Assembly (NCBI RefSeq): GCF_009914755.1
Contig: NC_060932.1
DNA: 64,000 bases
Direction: 5' to 3' (one strand)
Origin: the human T2T-CHM13v2.0 reference genome, Homo sapiens
Position 1 is the stretch's first letter. Every line of letters starts with the position of its first letter. Positions 26,500 to 40,800 of this stretch are shown one piece after another. A program made the translations under genes and the position numbers. Below the pieces are notes generated by a model. The model was not told the origin of the DNA, made no database searches, and saw nothing but the letters and a program-made list of their open reading frames with translations.

Positions 26500-28715
26500 T
26501 TGGCAATAAATGCCGACACATGTTTTTAGGTGGGAAGACTCAACACTGTGAAGATGTCAATTATCCTAAAAGTAATCTATAAATATAATGCAATTTTAAT
26601 AAAAGTCCCTCTAGGATTTTCAAGAAAGTTGGATAAAAGGGTTATAATATTTATATGGAAGAAGTCATTTTACAAATGGTAAGTTTCCATGAAGAAGACC
26701 AGAGGCAAACCCTTTTTACCAGATAGCAAAGCAAGTTACAAAGCCAGAACACTATATATCCTGAAATATATGGATTCTCCCCTTCCCCCGAAACCAACCC
26801 TCTAGCAAAAGGAAACTGCTCAATTTGAGTCCTCATAAATCTTATCTTATGAGGAGCTCTTAATTTCTTTATTTTGAACTACAGAGAACTGCTTGGAGAG
26901 AACATATTATCCTTAAGGGACCTCAAACAAATCTAGTTTTGTATACCTATCCTATAGAGAAACAAGAAATTTAACATCAATCAAGAAATTCACAGTGGTA
27001 TGACCTCACAGTGGCAAGTGTTGGAAATCCTAGTAAACAAACTTTTTAAAAGATTACTTTAAAAAGGAGTAATAGAGGTAGTTAACTTTTGGAGAATATG
27101 AAAACACACTTATAATATGAATAGGTAAACAACAACAACAAAACTAAGTGGCTGGGGAAAAAATTGCCAGGAACAGCAGTAAATATGAATTGAAGAAGTT
27201 TCATTATTTCACAGAACTCAGAAGTGAAAAATATTTACTTTAGAAAATACTGAATTCATTTAGTTTCCTTAGTGATGAGGGAGACTTTGATATAGAAGAT
27301 ATACCTGAAAAATTTAGATACAATAACTTTATGAGATAAGAAAGTAGAAAAATATTTCTAAATTTATATTTATTTAAATATTTATTTGTAATAAAAGTTT
27401 TAAACTAGTTTTATGATTATATCTTTGCCTCTTTTATCTACATCAAGAATTTGCAAAATATGGCCTGTGGACCAAAATCCTGCCTGCTATCTGCTTTTGT
27501 AAATAGGATTTTATTGGAATATAGTCAAACTCATGTTTTCATATTATTAGTGGTTGCCTTTGCATCGCAGTGGCAGAGTTGAGTAGTGACAGAGACTGTA
27601 TGGACCACAAGGCCTAAATTAGCTACTGTCTGGTGCTTTACAGAAAAAGTTTGTTGACTTCTGATCTACATCACTAGAAAGTTATATATTCAAATTTATA
27701 TATTTAAGATTTTTTGGATCTTTAATTTTATTTGGAGTTTGGTTGTTATTATCTTGTTATGGAGTAAAGGCAGACAAAAACACCATTGAAATAGAATGCA
27801 GAGTTCATAAACAGACCTATGTATATATGGGAACTTAGTATATGATAGATTGATATCACAAATCAGTGGAAGAAAGGACGAACTAGCTAGTATATGATGC
27901 TTGGAATATAGGATCTCTATATGGAGAAGATTGACATTAAATCCCTGCATCACAGCACATATAAAAATAAACTTCAGATTGATTAAAAGCCTAAATATGA
28001 CTGGTAAAATTATAAAGCTACTAGAAGAAACCACAGAAATTTTTGGTGCCTGACTTAGGGGTAGGTAAGATTGTTCTGTTTTGTTTTGTTTTATATAGCC
28101 AGCCACCAAAGCTACAAATGATGAAGGGAGAAATTGAAGTATTTGACTACCTCAAAATTAAAGATTTCTGTTTAGCAAAATTAACAGACTGAGAGAAGAA
28201 ATGTCCTATGTTCAACTATGTATATATAGGCTATATAGTATACGCCTGCATATCATGAAGAATAATACAGGAAATCCAATCCAGTAAAGGATATGAATAG
28301 GCAGTTCATCGGAAGGGCAGTCAAATTGACTGGATTTCATTGAAATCAGAAAACTATGAACTAAAAAATGGGACATCAATTAATACCTATCAAATCAGCA
28401 AAAATTTAAAAAGTTGAGTAATAATCACACATTGGCAAGAATGAGAGAAAACTAGAATATTCATACTTTGCTTGCAGGTGTACTAACAGGGTTAATCCAT
28501 TTGGAAGAGCAGTTAAAAAGTATCTAGTGAATGTTAGTATGTTCGTCATATTTCTGCGTAAATGCCCTAGGGAAAACTTTATATGGGTTTAAAAAATATG
28601 GCATAGATATATTAAAGAGTAACGAATTATAAAGAGCCAACTTAAAGAAATGGATGAATAAAATGTGATTATCCAAACAGAAACATTATACAGCCATTAA
28701 AATGCATGAACTAGA
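26500..28715 (+). mobile_element. Fragmented old L1ME ORF2/3' region
   Basis: ggaagactcaacactgtgaagatgtcaatt, gagttcataaacagacctatgtatatatggg and aaatggatgaataaaatgtg motifs. Interrupted by MER58A and unassigned DNA. Confidence 0.6.
27444..27663 (+). mobile_element. MER58A (hAT-Charlie MITE)
   Basis: caagaatttgcaaa...tttacagaaaaagtttgttgacttctg, with a perfect 8-bp TSD ATCTACAT at 27436-27443 and 27664-27671. Confidence 0.9.
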
Positions 28716-28905
28716 TGCAGCAACTATAGGGGTAAAGAGCACGAACTCTTGGAACAACACTAAATTTGGATTTGGCTTTTACCATTTACCAGCTGTTTGA
28801 CTATGAGCCACATAACTTGTCTGTAGAATAGGGACAATAATATGAATAATGATAACAGCATCTATTTACCTGTTACATAGTAAGTACCATGCACATTAGC
28901 TATTT
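28716..28905 (+). mobile_element. MIR
   Basis: ggtaaagagcacgaactct...ttaccagctgtttgactatgagc core. Confidence 0.55.
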
Positions 28906-29299
28906 AGATTTTAATATAAAAATGTAAAATTGAATGACAAAAATAAATGGAAATAAGTAAATGGCACACATGCCATATATGTAAATGTACAAGACTGGTT
29001 TCCTCAGGGAAGGGAAATCAAATTGGGGAAGGGAAAATAGTTAATTAGAACAAGAACCAAGCGTGGACCAGTGCTACCAAGGGTATGATCAATTATATTA
29101 TGGATACCTAAGGTTTTAAAAAAGAGAATTAAAAAAAGTGTACATAGCAATCCATTCATTCATTCTAGACAGGCAAGAGCATGTATAAAATATAGTCTAT
29201 AATGGGATGAAAGAAAAAGGATTGAAAGAAAGGCTTTAGCAGAAAGTGGGAAAAGAAACTGCAAAAAAATTAAGTTAAAGATGTGTATAGTATATCCAA

Positions 29300-30215
29300 G
29301 GTTTTATAGGTCCTCATAAGATTTTTCTTAAGAACAATTAGCAGTGAGAGAAGAATAACTCTTTTTTTTAAGTAGAGATAATTTTTTCTGCAGTGTACAG
29401 AGTAGATTGAAGGGAAGAAGCATGGATGTGAGTAGCCTAACTAGGAGACTATTCTCTAGATTAGGTGGGAATTGATGTTAGCAAGACCTATAGTATTGGC
29501 AGCATATAATGGAGACAAGTGGAAGGATTCAAAGCACATGTAGGATGTAAAATTGAAAGGACATATTGGTAGATAAATTATGCATTTGAGGGAGAGAGAC
29601 ATTTCCAGAGTAATTCCAGATTTCAGGCCTGTATAATTGAATGGTGGCACCATTTTACTGATATGGGGAACAATGGAAGGGAATCTGGTTTGCGTAGGAA
29701 AACTGTGAGTTTTCTTGAATTTGAGGTGGCATTGAGAAATTTAAATAGAAATGTTAAGTAGGCGATTGAATACTGAAGCTCAGAGGAAAAGTCTGAACTA
29801 GAGGTATACATTTATAAGTCACTTATATATAGGTGGAAGTTGAAGCCTTAAGTATGGATAAAAATGCCTAAGAAGACTCTACATAATAAAAAGAGAAGAG
29901 GGCATGAGTCTTGACCTGCGAAGGAGAAAGAAAATGAAAGGACCTAGATACAGGAAGAAAACCAGGAGTCTTACAAAAGCTAAGTGGACAGTGAGGACTG
30001 TGACACATAGTTTTAAATATTGTTCAGAACTGAAGTAATATGATGACTGAAACGTTTGTCCATTAATTTTAGGTACATGGAAGCCATTGATAAATTTAGT
30101 GAGCATTAGGAAGTAGACTGGAAAGTGATGAGATAGAGTAGAAGAGTGCCTGGCATGAGGAAGCAGAGAATTTTGTTTATGTGTAAATGGGAAGGGAAGA
30201 TATGATCTTGGCAAG
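29300..30215 (-). mobile_element. L2 LINE fragment
   Basis: aatggtggcaccattttactgatatgggg and tgaatttgaggtggcattgaga L2 motifs. Confidence 0.7.
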
Positions 30216-30697
30216 GAACGTCAATTAACTCCTGAGTCTGCCCATATACCACCACCTCTTTGTCTAGCAGTGTCTCATTTTATAGGCCTGGTAGGATGAA
30301 TAAATAAAATTTTTTAAAAAAATCTTTCTTAGTACCTCAAACTAAAGTAAGGTAAATACTGTTTCTTAGTACCTCAAATTACTGTCTTATCAAGACATTG
30401 TCTTATCTGGCTTGTAGCTTCTGTATCTCTGTTCTTCCTACAGCTGGAACCATTTGATTCCATTTTGCAGCCTTGATAGTGCTGCAGTATCTGGGATCAT
30501 TACAGTTCTTATGTAAGAGAGTTTTAAATATCTAATATGACAGTTTGGGATAAATAGTTACTAGCTCTGCTACTAATTTAACTGGCCTACTCTTGTGTGT
30601 GAGAAATGCGGCTTCCACTTCCCTTGAGGCATAGTCATTATAGTTATAGCACAGTTCAGTCACCTGGATTTTTAGTTTCTGTTCCAGTGTTCCTTGG

Positions 30698-31135
30698 TAT
30701 CTTAGTCCATTTTGTGTTATTTTAATGGAATAGCTGAGGCTGGTAATTTATAGGGAAAAGAAGTTTATTTAGCTCATGTTTCTGCAGGCTCAGAAGTTCA
30801 AGAAGCCTGGCACTGGCATCCGCTTGGCTTCTGGTGAGGACTTTATGCTGCTTCCACTCTAACAGAAAACTGAACGCGAGTGGGCAGGTGTGAAGAGATA
30901 ACATGGTTAAAGAGGAAGTAAGAGAGTAAAATGAATAAAGCCAGAGTCTTTTGACAACTCACTCTTGTGAGAACTAATCCATTTTAGTCCAAGAATTCAC
31001 TCACCCCCAAGGAAGAGCATTAATCTATTCATGAGATATCTGTCCACATAACCCAAACAACTCCTAGGCCACAACACTGCCACACTGGGAATTAAGTTCA
31101 GCATGAGTTTTGGCAGGGACGTTCAAACCATAGCA
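30698..31135 (-). mobile_element. Solo MaLR LTR (MSTC/MSTD-like)
   Basis: tatcttagtccatt...caaaccatagca termini with TSD cttgg/cttcg. Confidence 0.8.
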
Positions 31136-31884
31136 CTTCGTAAATTGTCCAGTACTCCAATGCCTCCAGAACTGAAACAATATTGCTCTTTCTATTTTTT
31201 CTGTCTTGTTCTTTCTCCCAATGGGGTTTAGTCATTTACTGAGAAGCATCTCAAAGTTAGGAAGTGTATCAACAGTGTTGCAGTGGAAATGCACAGTATG
31301 GCACAAAGGTACAAATATGTGTCAAATTTCTACACTTGGAAAGATGATTCTTTTAAATGGTGGGAGAAGTTCTAATGCAGAGCTCATTCATTTATGGGCC
31401 TGAACCTCCTGTAGTGGTGCTTGTTTTGTGTTAGCAGAGCTTCACTTAAACCTGGTGTGAGATTATCAGGGAAAAGCAGGGTATTATCTGAAGTGACAGA
31501 AAAAGTTAATAAAATTGGTTTTAAAGCAATTTTCATTGATATTAGGTGTAGAAAGGAAGTATACTTTTGTGACAAAGTAGATATAAGGACTCCTGGAATT
31601 TTATCTGTTAATTTACTGGCTGACTTTAGGTTAGCACTTCGAAATCTAACTTTTCTTAATGTCAGGTTTTATGAACTATAGTTTATTTACAGTAAAATTT
31701 ACCTCTTTTTTGTATATAGTTGAGTGAGTTTTGACAAACATAAAATCTATCAGCATAATCAAGACATAGAAATATTTCCTTTTCCCCAAGAGGTTTCTTG
31801 TGCCCATCACTCTACTCCAGCCCCTGGCAACCATTAATCTGATTTTGCTTTTCCCAGAATGTCATATAAATGAAACTATATCAT

Positions 31885-32125
31885 AGAGAAGTAGGCAGTC
31901 TATGGTACACAAGCCAGTTCTATCCCACTGCCTGTTTGTGTATAACCAGCAAGTTAAAAATAGTTTTTTACACTTTTAAATGGTTGATTAAATTTTTTTA
32001 AGTTTATGATATTTTGTAATTGTAAAAACAACATAAAATTCAAATTTCAGTGCCCATAAATAAATCTTTACTGGAACACAGCTACACTCATTCATTTATA
32101 TATTGTTCATGACTACTTTCTGGTT
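31885..32125. mobile_element. MER58B fragment
   Basis: aaataaatctttactggaacacagctacactcattcattta motif. Confidence 0.7.
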
Positions 32126-32135
32126 CATACTTTTT

Positions 32136-32514
<379 letters not shown>

Positions 32515-32728
32515 CTAACCTATCTAAGAAGTCTTTGTTTATCCCAAGGTCACAAAGAATTTCTTGAATGTTTTCTTCTAGAAGTTTTATAGTTTTAGCC
32601 ATTATATTTAGTTTTATAATTCATTTTGAGTTAATTTTTATATAAGGTGTAAGATACAAGTTGAGGTTTTTGTTTTTTACACATGGATTTTCTTTTTCTT
32701 TTTTTTTTTTGGATTTTCAATTACTATT

Positions 32729-33140
32729 TATGTTAGTCTGTTTTGCATTGCTATGAAGAAATACCTGCGTAATTTTTAAAGGAAAGAGTTTTATTTGGCT
32801 CATGGTTCTGCAAGCTGTACAAGAAGCAAAGTGCTGTCATTGGCTTCTGGTGGGGCCTCAGAAACCCTCCATTCATGGTGGAAGGCAAACAGGAAGCAGA
32901 CATGTCACATGGCAAGAGAGGGAGCAAGGGCAGGGAGTAGTCCCAAACTTTTTAAAACAACTAGTTCTCCTGTGAACTAGCAGAGCAAGAACTCACTCTA
33001 TTAGCATGAGGAGAGCACCAAGCCATTTATGAGGGATCCACCCCCATGACCCAGACACCTCCCACCAGGCCCCACCTCCAACATTGGAGATCACATTTCA
33101 ATATGAGATTTAGAGGGTACAAAACATCCAAATGATATCA
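32729..33140 (-). mobile_element. Solo MST (MSTB-like) LTR
   Basis: tatgttagtctgttttgcattgctat...aatgatatca termini with TSD ctatt/ctagt. Confidence 0.85.
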
Positions 33141-34362
33141 CTAGTTTTACATATAAATTTCTAATTGCTTAAAAGACAATTTTTTTCTCCATTGAATTAC
33201 TTCAGCTCCTTTGTAAAAAATGTTAATGATCACTAAGTATTGTACTACTTCTGGACTTCCCATTGCATCCATTGATATGTATCTTTATCCTTTGTCAGTA
33301 CCATGTTTACTTGATCACTACAGCTTTTATAGTAAGTCTTCAAATCAGGTACTTTGAGTCTTTCAGCTTTCTTCTTTTTTAAAAAATATTTTTGTTTATT
33401 CCAGGATTTTGTTTTTCACATAAATTTTAGAGCTAGCTGGTCAATTTTTATTAAAAAAATGCTGGGAGTTTTATTGGGAATGGCATTGATTGAATAGATT
33501 GATTTGAAGAGAATTGTGATCTTAACAATTTTAGTCTTGCCATTGGTTAATGTGGTATATTTTTCCTATTATTTAGGTCTCCTTTGATACTTTTATCAGT
33601 GTTTTATAGTTTTCGCCATAGGAAGCTTGTTCATATCTTATTAGAGTTATACCTGAATCTTTTTTCTTTTTTTATTTTTCGCTGCTGTTGCAGACTGTTT
33701 ATAAAAATATTCATTTTCAATTGTTCATTGCTACTAAATACACGTGTAATTGTTTTTTGTATATTGATCTTGTATCCTGTGACCTTGCTAAATTCATTTA
33801 TTTGTTACAAGAGGTTTTTTCTTTCTAGTTTCTTTGAGATTTTATACAAAGACAGGTAGGGCAACTGCAAATAGTTTTCTATTTTCCTTTCTAATCTGTA
33901 AGCTTTTTATTTTCCTTTTCTTTTCTTGCCTTAATGTGGTGGCTAGCATTTTCAGTTTGATGTTGATTAGAAGTAGTGAAAGAGGATACCTTGCTTTATT
34001 ACTGATCTTAGGGGGAAGCATTCAGTTTTTTACCATACAGTGTGATGTTAGTGGTAGACTGTTTTACAGATGCCTTTACTGTGCTAAGGAAGTTTTTGTC
34101 AATTCCTAGTTTGCTAAGCAGTTGTGTGACATGCTTTCTCAGCATATTTTTAGGTAATCATATTAATATGACAGATTATATTGCTTGAATTTAAAATGTG
34201 GTTCCAAACTTACATTCCTAAGATAAACATCACCTATTTGTAAGGTATTACTCTTTAACACATTTTTGGATTTGATTTGTTAATATTTTTAGTGTTGAGG
34301 ATTTTTACATCTGCTTATGAGAAATACTTTATTGGTCTATAATTTCTTCCAGTATCTTTGTA

Positions 34363-34520
34363 ATTTTTTTTTAAGAGATGGGGTCTTGCTTTGTTGCCCA
34401 GGCTGGAGTACAATGTGCAATCATAGGTCTCTGCAGCCTTGTATTCCTGGACTCAAGCAATCCTCCTGCCTCAGCCTCTTGGGTAGCTGGGACTACAGGT
34501 ATATACCACCATGCCCAGCT
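34363..34520 (-). mobile_element. Alu monomer (FRAM/AluJ arm)
   Basis: Single antisense arm. Confidence 0.85.
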
Positions 34521-37295
34521 TCTTTGTGTGGTTTTAGTGACAGAGTAATACTGGCATTAAGAGATTAGTTGGGAAATGTTCCATCCTGTTTTCTGGGAGA
34601 GACTATGTAGAATTGGTATTATTTCTTCCTTCAGTGTTTGGTAGCATTCACCAATGAAACCATTGGGAACCAGAGTTTTAGATTTGAAAGGTTCTTAAAC
34701 TATGAATTAAAGTTATTTAATGGATATAAAGCTTGTCAAGCTATCTTTTTTTTTTGGTGAATGAGGTATGCTAGCTTCTGTCTTTCAAAGAAAGACATAC
34801 ATACATATGGGCATATGGTTGCTTATAGTATTCCTTTGTAGTCTTTTAAATTAATTTAGATTAATAGTGAGTTCTGTTGTAATCTCTGTCATTCTTGCTG
34901 TAGGTAATTTGTGTCTTGTTTTTTTCATCATTCTAACTCGAGGTTTATCAATTTTAGTGATTTTTTTTTTCTTAAATGCTTTTTTAATTTTTAAATTTAA
35001 TTTCAAATTAACAAAAATTGTGTATACTTACACAACATGATGTTTTGAAGTCTGTATATATTGTGGAATGATTCAATCCAGCTAATTACCATATGCATTA
35101 TCTCACATACTTATTTTTGTGGTGAGAACAAAGTCTACCCTCTTATGATTTTCAAAATACAATATATTGTTATTAACTATAGACATCATGTTGTACAATA
35201 GATCACTTGAATCTCCCATCTAACTGAAATTTTGTATCCTTTGACCAACATCTCCCTAACCTCCCATACCCCAGTCTCTGGTGATCATAATTCTACCCTC
35301 TACCTCTATGAGTTGAACTTTTTAAGATTTCACATGTAAATGAAATCATACAGTATTTGTCTTTCTGTGCCTGGCTTACTTCACTTAACATAATGTCCTC
35401 TGAGTTCATCTGTGTTGTAACAAATGACAGGACTTCTTTCTTTTTTATAGCTGAATAGTGTTCCATTGTTTATATATACCGCATTTTTTTTTATTGATTC
35501 ATTCACTGATGGATACTTACATTGATTTATATATTGACTATTGTAAATAATGCTGCAATGAACATAGGAATATGGATATCTCTTCAACATACTGGAGTCT
35601 TTAGGGTTTACTGTAGATAAGATCATGTTGTCCACAAACAGAGACAATTAAATTTCCTTTTCAATTTGGATGCCTTTTATTTCTTTCTTATGCTTAATAG
35701 CTCTTGCTAGGATTTCCATTACTATGTTGAATATAAGTTGCAATAGTTGGTATCCTTGTCTTCTTCTTGATCTTAGAGGAAAGTTTCCAACTTTTCACCG
35801 TTGAGTATGATGTTAGCTGTGGGTTTGTAATGTAACACCTGTATTGTGTTGACATATATTTCTTGTATACCTAATTTAAGAGTTTATTTATCATGAAAGG
35901 ATATTGAATTTTATCAAATGCTTTTTCTGCATCTATTAAAATGATCATACAGTTTGTGTACTTTGTTCTGTTAACGTGGTGTATCACATTGATAGAATTG
36001 TATATGTTGAACTATCTTTGCATTCTGAACTATCAAGGAATCCAACTTGATCATGGTGGATGATCCTTTTATATGTGCAGTTGAATTCAGTTTGCTAGTA
36101 TTTGGTTGCTAGTATTTGGTTTTGCATCTATGTTCATCAAGAATATTGGCCTGTAATTTTATTATTTTTGTAGTTTATTTTCTGGCTTTAGTATCAGGGT
36201 AATGCTGGCCTCATAAAATGAGTTTGGATGCATTCTCTTCTATTCAGTTTTTTGGAAGAGTTTGAGAAGGATTGGTATTAGTTCATAGTAGTGTCTTATG
36301 ATCCTTTGTATCTCTGTGGTATGAACTTTAATGTCTCCTCTTTAATGCCTGATTTCATTTAGAGCTAAAAGCTTGTTGATTTTATCTTTTTAAGAAAACA
36401 ACTCTTAGTTTTATCTTTTCTATTTTTTAAATTTCTGATTTCACTGATTTCTGCTGATACGTATTGTTTCCCTCCTTCTACTAACTTTGGGCTTAGTTTG
36501 TTCTTCTTTTCGTAGTTTCTTTGGTCGTAATTTTAGGCTGTTTATTTTGGATCTCTCTTCTTTTTTTGATCTACCCATTTATTGTTATAATTGTCCTCTT
36601 AGAATTGCCCATGCTGCATCACATATATTTTGGTGTGTGTTGTTTCCATTTTTCTTTGTCTCAAGGTATTTTTTTAACTTGCATTTTAATTTCTTCTTTG
36701 ACCCACTGGTCATTCAGGAGCATATTGTTTAACTTCCATGTGTTTGCATAGTTTCCAAAATTTCTCATATTATTGATTTCTAGTTTTATTTCATTGTGGT
36801 CAGAGAAGATACTTGATATAATTTTATTTTATTTTTTTAATTTTTAAAGACTTGTTTTGTGGCCTAACTTATGGTCTGCCCTTGAGAATGATCCATGTGC
36901 TGAGGGGAAGAATGTGTATTCTTCAGTCATTGGATGAGATGTTCTGTAAATACCTATTAATTCCATTTGGTCTGTAGTGCAGATTAAGTCTGATGTTTCT
37001 TTGTTTATTTTCTGTCTGGATGATCTGTCCAATGCTGAAAGTGGGGTTTTGAAGTCTCCAGCTATCATTGTATTTAGGTCTATCTCTCTCTTTAGCTCTA
37101 ATAATATTTACTTTCAATATCTGGGTGCTTCAGTATTTTGTGGATATAGATTTATAATTGTTATATACTTTTGCTGAATTGATTCCTTTATCATTACATA
37201 ATGACCTTCTTTGTTTCTTTTTATAATTTTTGTCTTGAAATCTATTTTGTCTGATACAAGTATAGTTACTCCTGCTCCTTTTTTGGTTTCCTTTT

Positions 37296-37417
37296 GCAAT
37301 AGGAAATCACGTGAAGGTACAAAACTCACTAGTAATAGTAAATGCACAGAAAAACACAAAATATTATAACACTGTGATTATGGTGTATAAACTACTGATA
37401 TCTTGAATAGAAAGATT
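37296..37417. repeat. Inverted copy (about 120 bp) of 38302-38422
   Basis: Direct reverse-complement match with about 5 differences. The ORF track shows MCFS(V/M)HLLLLVSFVP on both strands. Confidence 0.93.
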
Positions 37418-37465
37418 CCTTTTTCCATTTCTTTATTTTCAGTTTATGTTTATCTTTATAGGTGA

Positions 37466-37857
<392 letters not shown>

Positions 37858-40800
37858 GCATGTGTCTTTTGATTGGAGAGTTTAGTTGATTTACATTCAA
37901 TGTTAATAAGGATTTACTCCTGCCATTTTGTTTTTTATGGTTGCTTTATGGTCCTCTCTTCCTTCTTTCCTTCCTTCCTGTCTTCTTTGTAGTGAAGGTC
38001 AGTTTCTCCTGTGGTGTGCTTTAATTGCTTGTATTTTACTTTTTGTGTATCTGTTGTATGTTTTTTGATTTGAGGTTACCATGAAGTTAATAAATAACAT
38101 CTTAGAATCCATTATTTTAAACTGATGACAACTTAACACTGACTGCATAAACTAATAAGCAAAAACAAAACTAATAAAAATACTACACTTAACCTTTACT
38201 CACCTGCTTGTTAACTTTATGTTGTTTCTGTTTATATCTTACTGTAGTGTCTATGTCTTAAAAAGTTTTTGTAGTTACTATTTTTGATGCATTCATCTTT
38301 TAATCTTTCTATTCAAGATATCAGTAGTTTATACACCACAATCACAGTGTTATAATATTTTGTGTTTTTCTATGCATTTACTATTACTAGTGAGTTTTGT
38401 ACCTTTGGTGATTTCCTATTGCTCATTAACATTCTTCTTTGAGATTGAAGAACTCCCTTTAGCATTTCTTGTTGGCAGGTCTGATGTTGATGAAATCCCT
38501 CAGCTTTTGTTTGTCTGGGGAAGTCTTGATTCCTTTATGTTTGAAGGATATTTTTACTGGATGTACTATTCTAGGATAAAAGTTGTTTTCTTTCAACACT
38601 TTGAATAATCATGCTACTTTGTCTTGATTTCCTCTAAGAAGTCTGCTGCCAGACATACTGGAGCTTCATTCTGTGTTTTCTCTTTCTTTTCTCTTGCTGC
38701 TTTTGGGATTCTTTCTTTATCCTTTACCTTTGGGAGTTTGATTATTAAATGCCTTGAGGTAGTCTTTGGGTTAAATCTGCTTGATGTTCTGTAACTTGCT
38801 TGTGCTCGAATATTGATATCTTTCTTTAGGTTTGGGAAGTTCTCTGTTATTATCCCTTCGAACGAACTTTTACCCCATCTCTGTCTATATATTTAAGGCC
38901 AATAACTCTTAGATTTGCCATTTTGAGGCTATTTTCTAGATCTTGTAGGTGTGCTTTATTGTTTCTTGTTCTTTTTTTCCTCTTCTGACTGTGTATTTTC
39001 AAATAGCCTGTCTTCAAGGTCACTAATTCTTTCTTCTACTTGATCAATTCTGCTTTGAAGAGACTCATGCATTCTTCAGTATGTCAGTTACATTTTTCAA
39101 CTCTAGAATTTCTACTTGATTCTTTTACGTTATTTCAATCTCTTTGTTAAATTTATCTGATAGGATTCTGAATTCCTTCTCCGTGGTATCTTGAATTTCA
39201 TTGAGCTCCTTCAAAACAGCTATTTTGAATTCCTCTGTCTTAAAAGACATATATTTCTGTCTCTCTGGGATTGGTCCCTAGTGCCTTACTTAGTTTGTTT
39301 GGTGTGGTCATGTCTTCCTGGGTAGTCTTGATGCTTGTGGGTGTTCTTTGGTTTCTGGGGATCAAAGAGTAAAGTATTTATTGTAGTCTTCACAGTCTGG
39401 GGTTGTTTGTACCCATCCTTCTTGGTAAAGCTTTCCAGGTATTTGAAGGGACTTGGGTATTGTGATGTATGTCTTAGATCAGTGTAGCTGTATCTTCACA
39501 AGGGGCCACACCAATCCCAGTAATGTTGCAGACTCACAGAGGTATTGCCTTGGATAAGGTCTTGGGTAAAATCTGGAAGAATTCTCTGGATTGCTAGGCA
39601 GAGACTCTTGTTCTCTTTCCTTATTCTCTCCCAAACAAATGGAGTCTCTGTCTCTCTCTTTCTGTCTGTGTGGGACTGCCTGGGGTTGAGGAAGAGTGAC
39701 ACAAGTACCCCTGTGGCCACTACCAATGAGACTGCGCTGGGTCAGACCTAAAGCCAGCCCAGCCTTGTGCCTCACCGAAAGCTCACAGCAACCACTGCCT
39801 GAGTACCACCTGTGTTCACTCAAGGTTCAAGGGCTTTACAATCAGCAAGTGCTAAAGCCAGCCAGGCTTTTGTCCTTTTCTTCAGGATGGTGAGTTGCTT
39901 CCTCTTCCCAGACAAGCTCAGAAATGGTATTTCAGAGCCAGGGCCTGGAGTCAGAAACCTTAGGAATCTACCTGGTGTTCTATTCTACTGTGCCTGAGCT
40001 GGACCCAAGCCACAAGACAAAGTTCTTCCCACTCTTCTCTCTTTTTTCCACAAGCAGTGAAGTCTCTTCCTATGGCTACCACAACTGGGAATTTGTTGAA
40101 GCCAGCACATCTGTGAGTCTCACCCAAGGCCCATGGCAAGTACTGCCTGGGCATTCCTGCTGACTATTCAGAGCCTTAAAGCTTTTTAGTCAGCAGCTGA
40201 TGAATCCTGCTAGGACTGGGTTCTTTCCTTCAGGGCAGTGGGTTCCTTTCTGGCCCAGAGTATCTCTAGAAATGTTGTCTGGGAGCTAAGGCCTGGAATG
40301 GGGGCCTCACAACTCTGCCTGGTACCATATTCTACTGTGGCTGAGCTGGTATCCAAGGTGCCAGACAAAGTCCTTTATACTCTTCCAAGTGAGGGATACA
40401 GTCTCAGAACTATGAGCTCTGCTACCTGGGGTTGGGGGAGGGGTGATGCAAGCACTCCCTTTGCCACCTCAGCTGGTTTCTCACTGGGTTGCATGCTCCC
40501 CTCATCCACTGGCTTTGAGCCCAGCACAGAATCAGGAATTGCCCAGGAATTGTGGTCCTTGTGGTCTGGACTGCCTTTCAGGTTTATTTAGGATCCCAGA
40601 CCCCTTTAGCTCATGGTGATGGGGCTTACCTTTGGTTGAACTCTGGTTCCTACTGCTGTGATGGGCAATTCACTTCTGGCTAGGGCTGGTCTAAATGCTC
40701 CCTCTATGAGGGGTGGCTGAGTTCTGCCTGATGTTGCTTTCCCCTGTGACAGGTCATCACTGAGTTTCAATGCAAAGTCCCACAATTACTAAACTCTCCC

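Noticed and set aside
36091-36120. 14-bp tandem duplication ttgctagtatttgg
   Set aside because: Ordinary slippage inside a decayed L1, with no sign of function.
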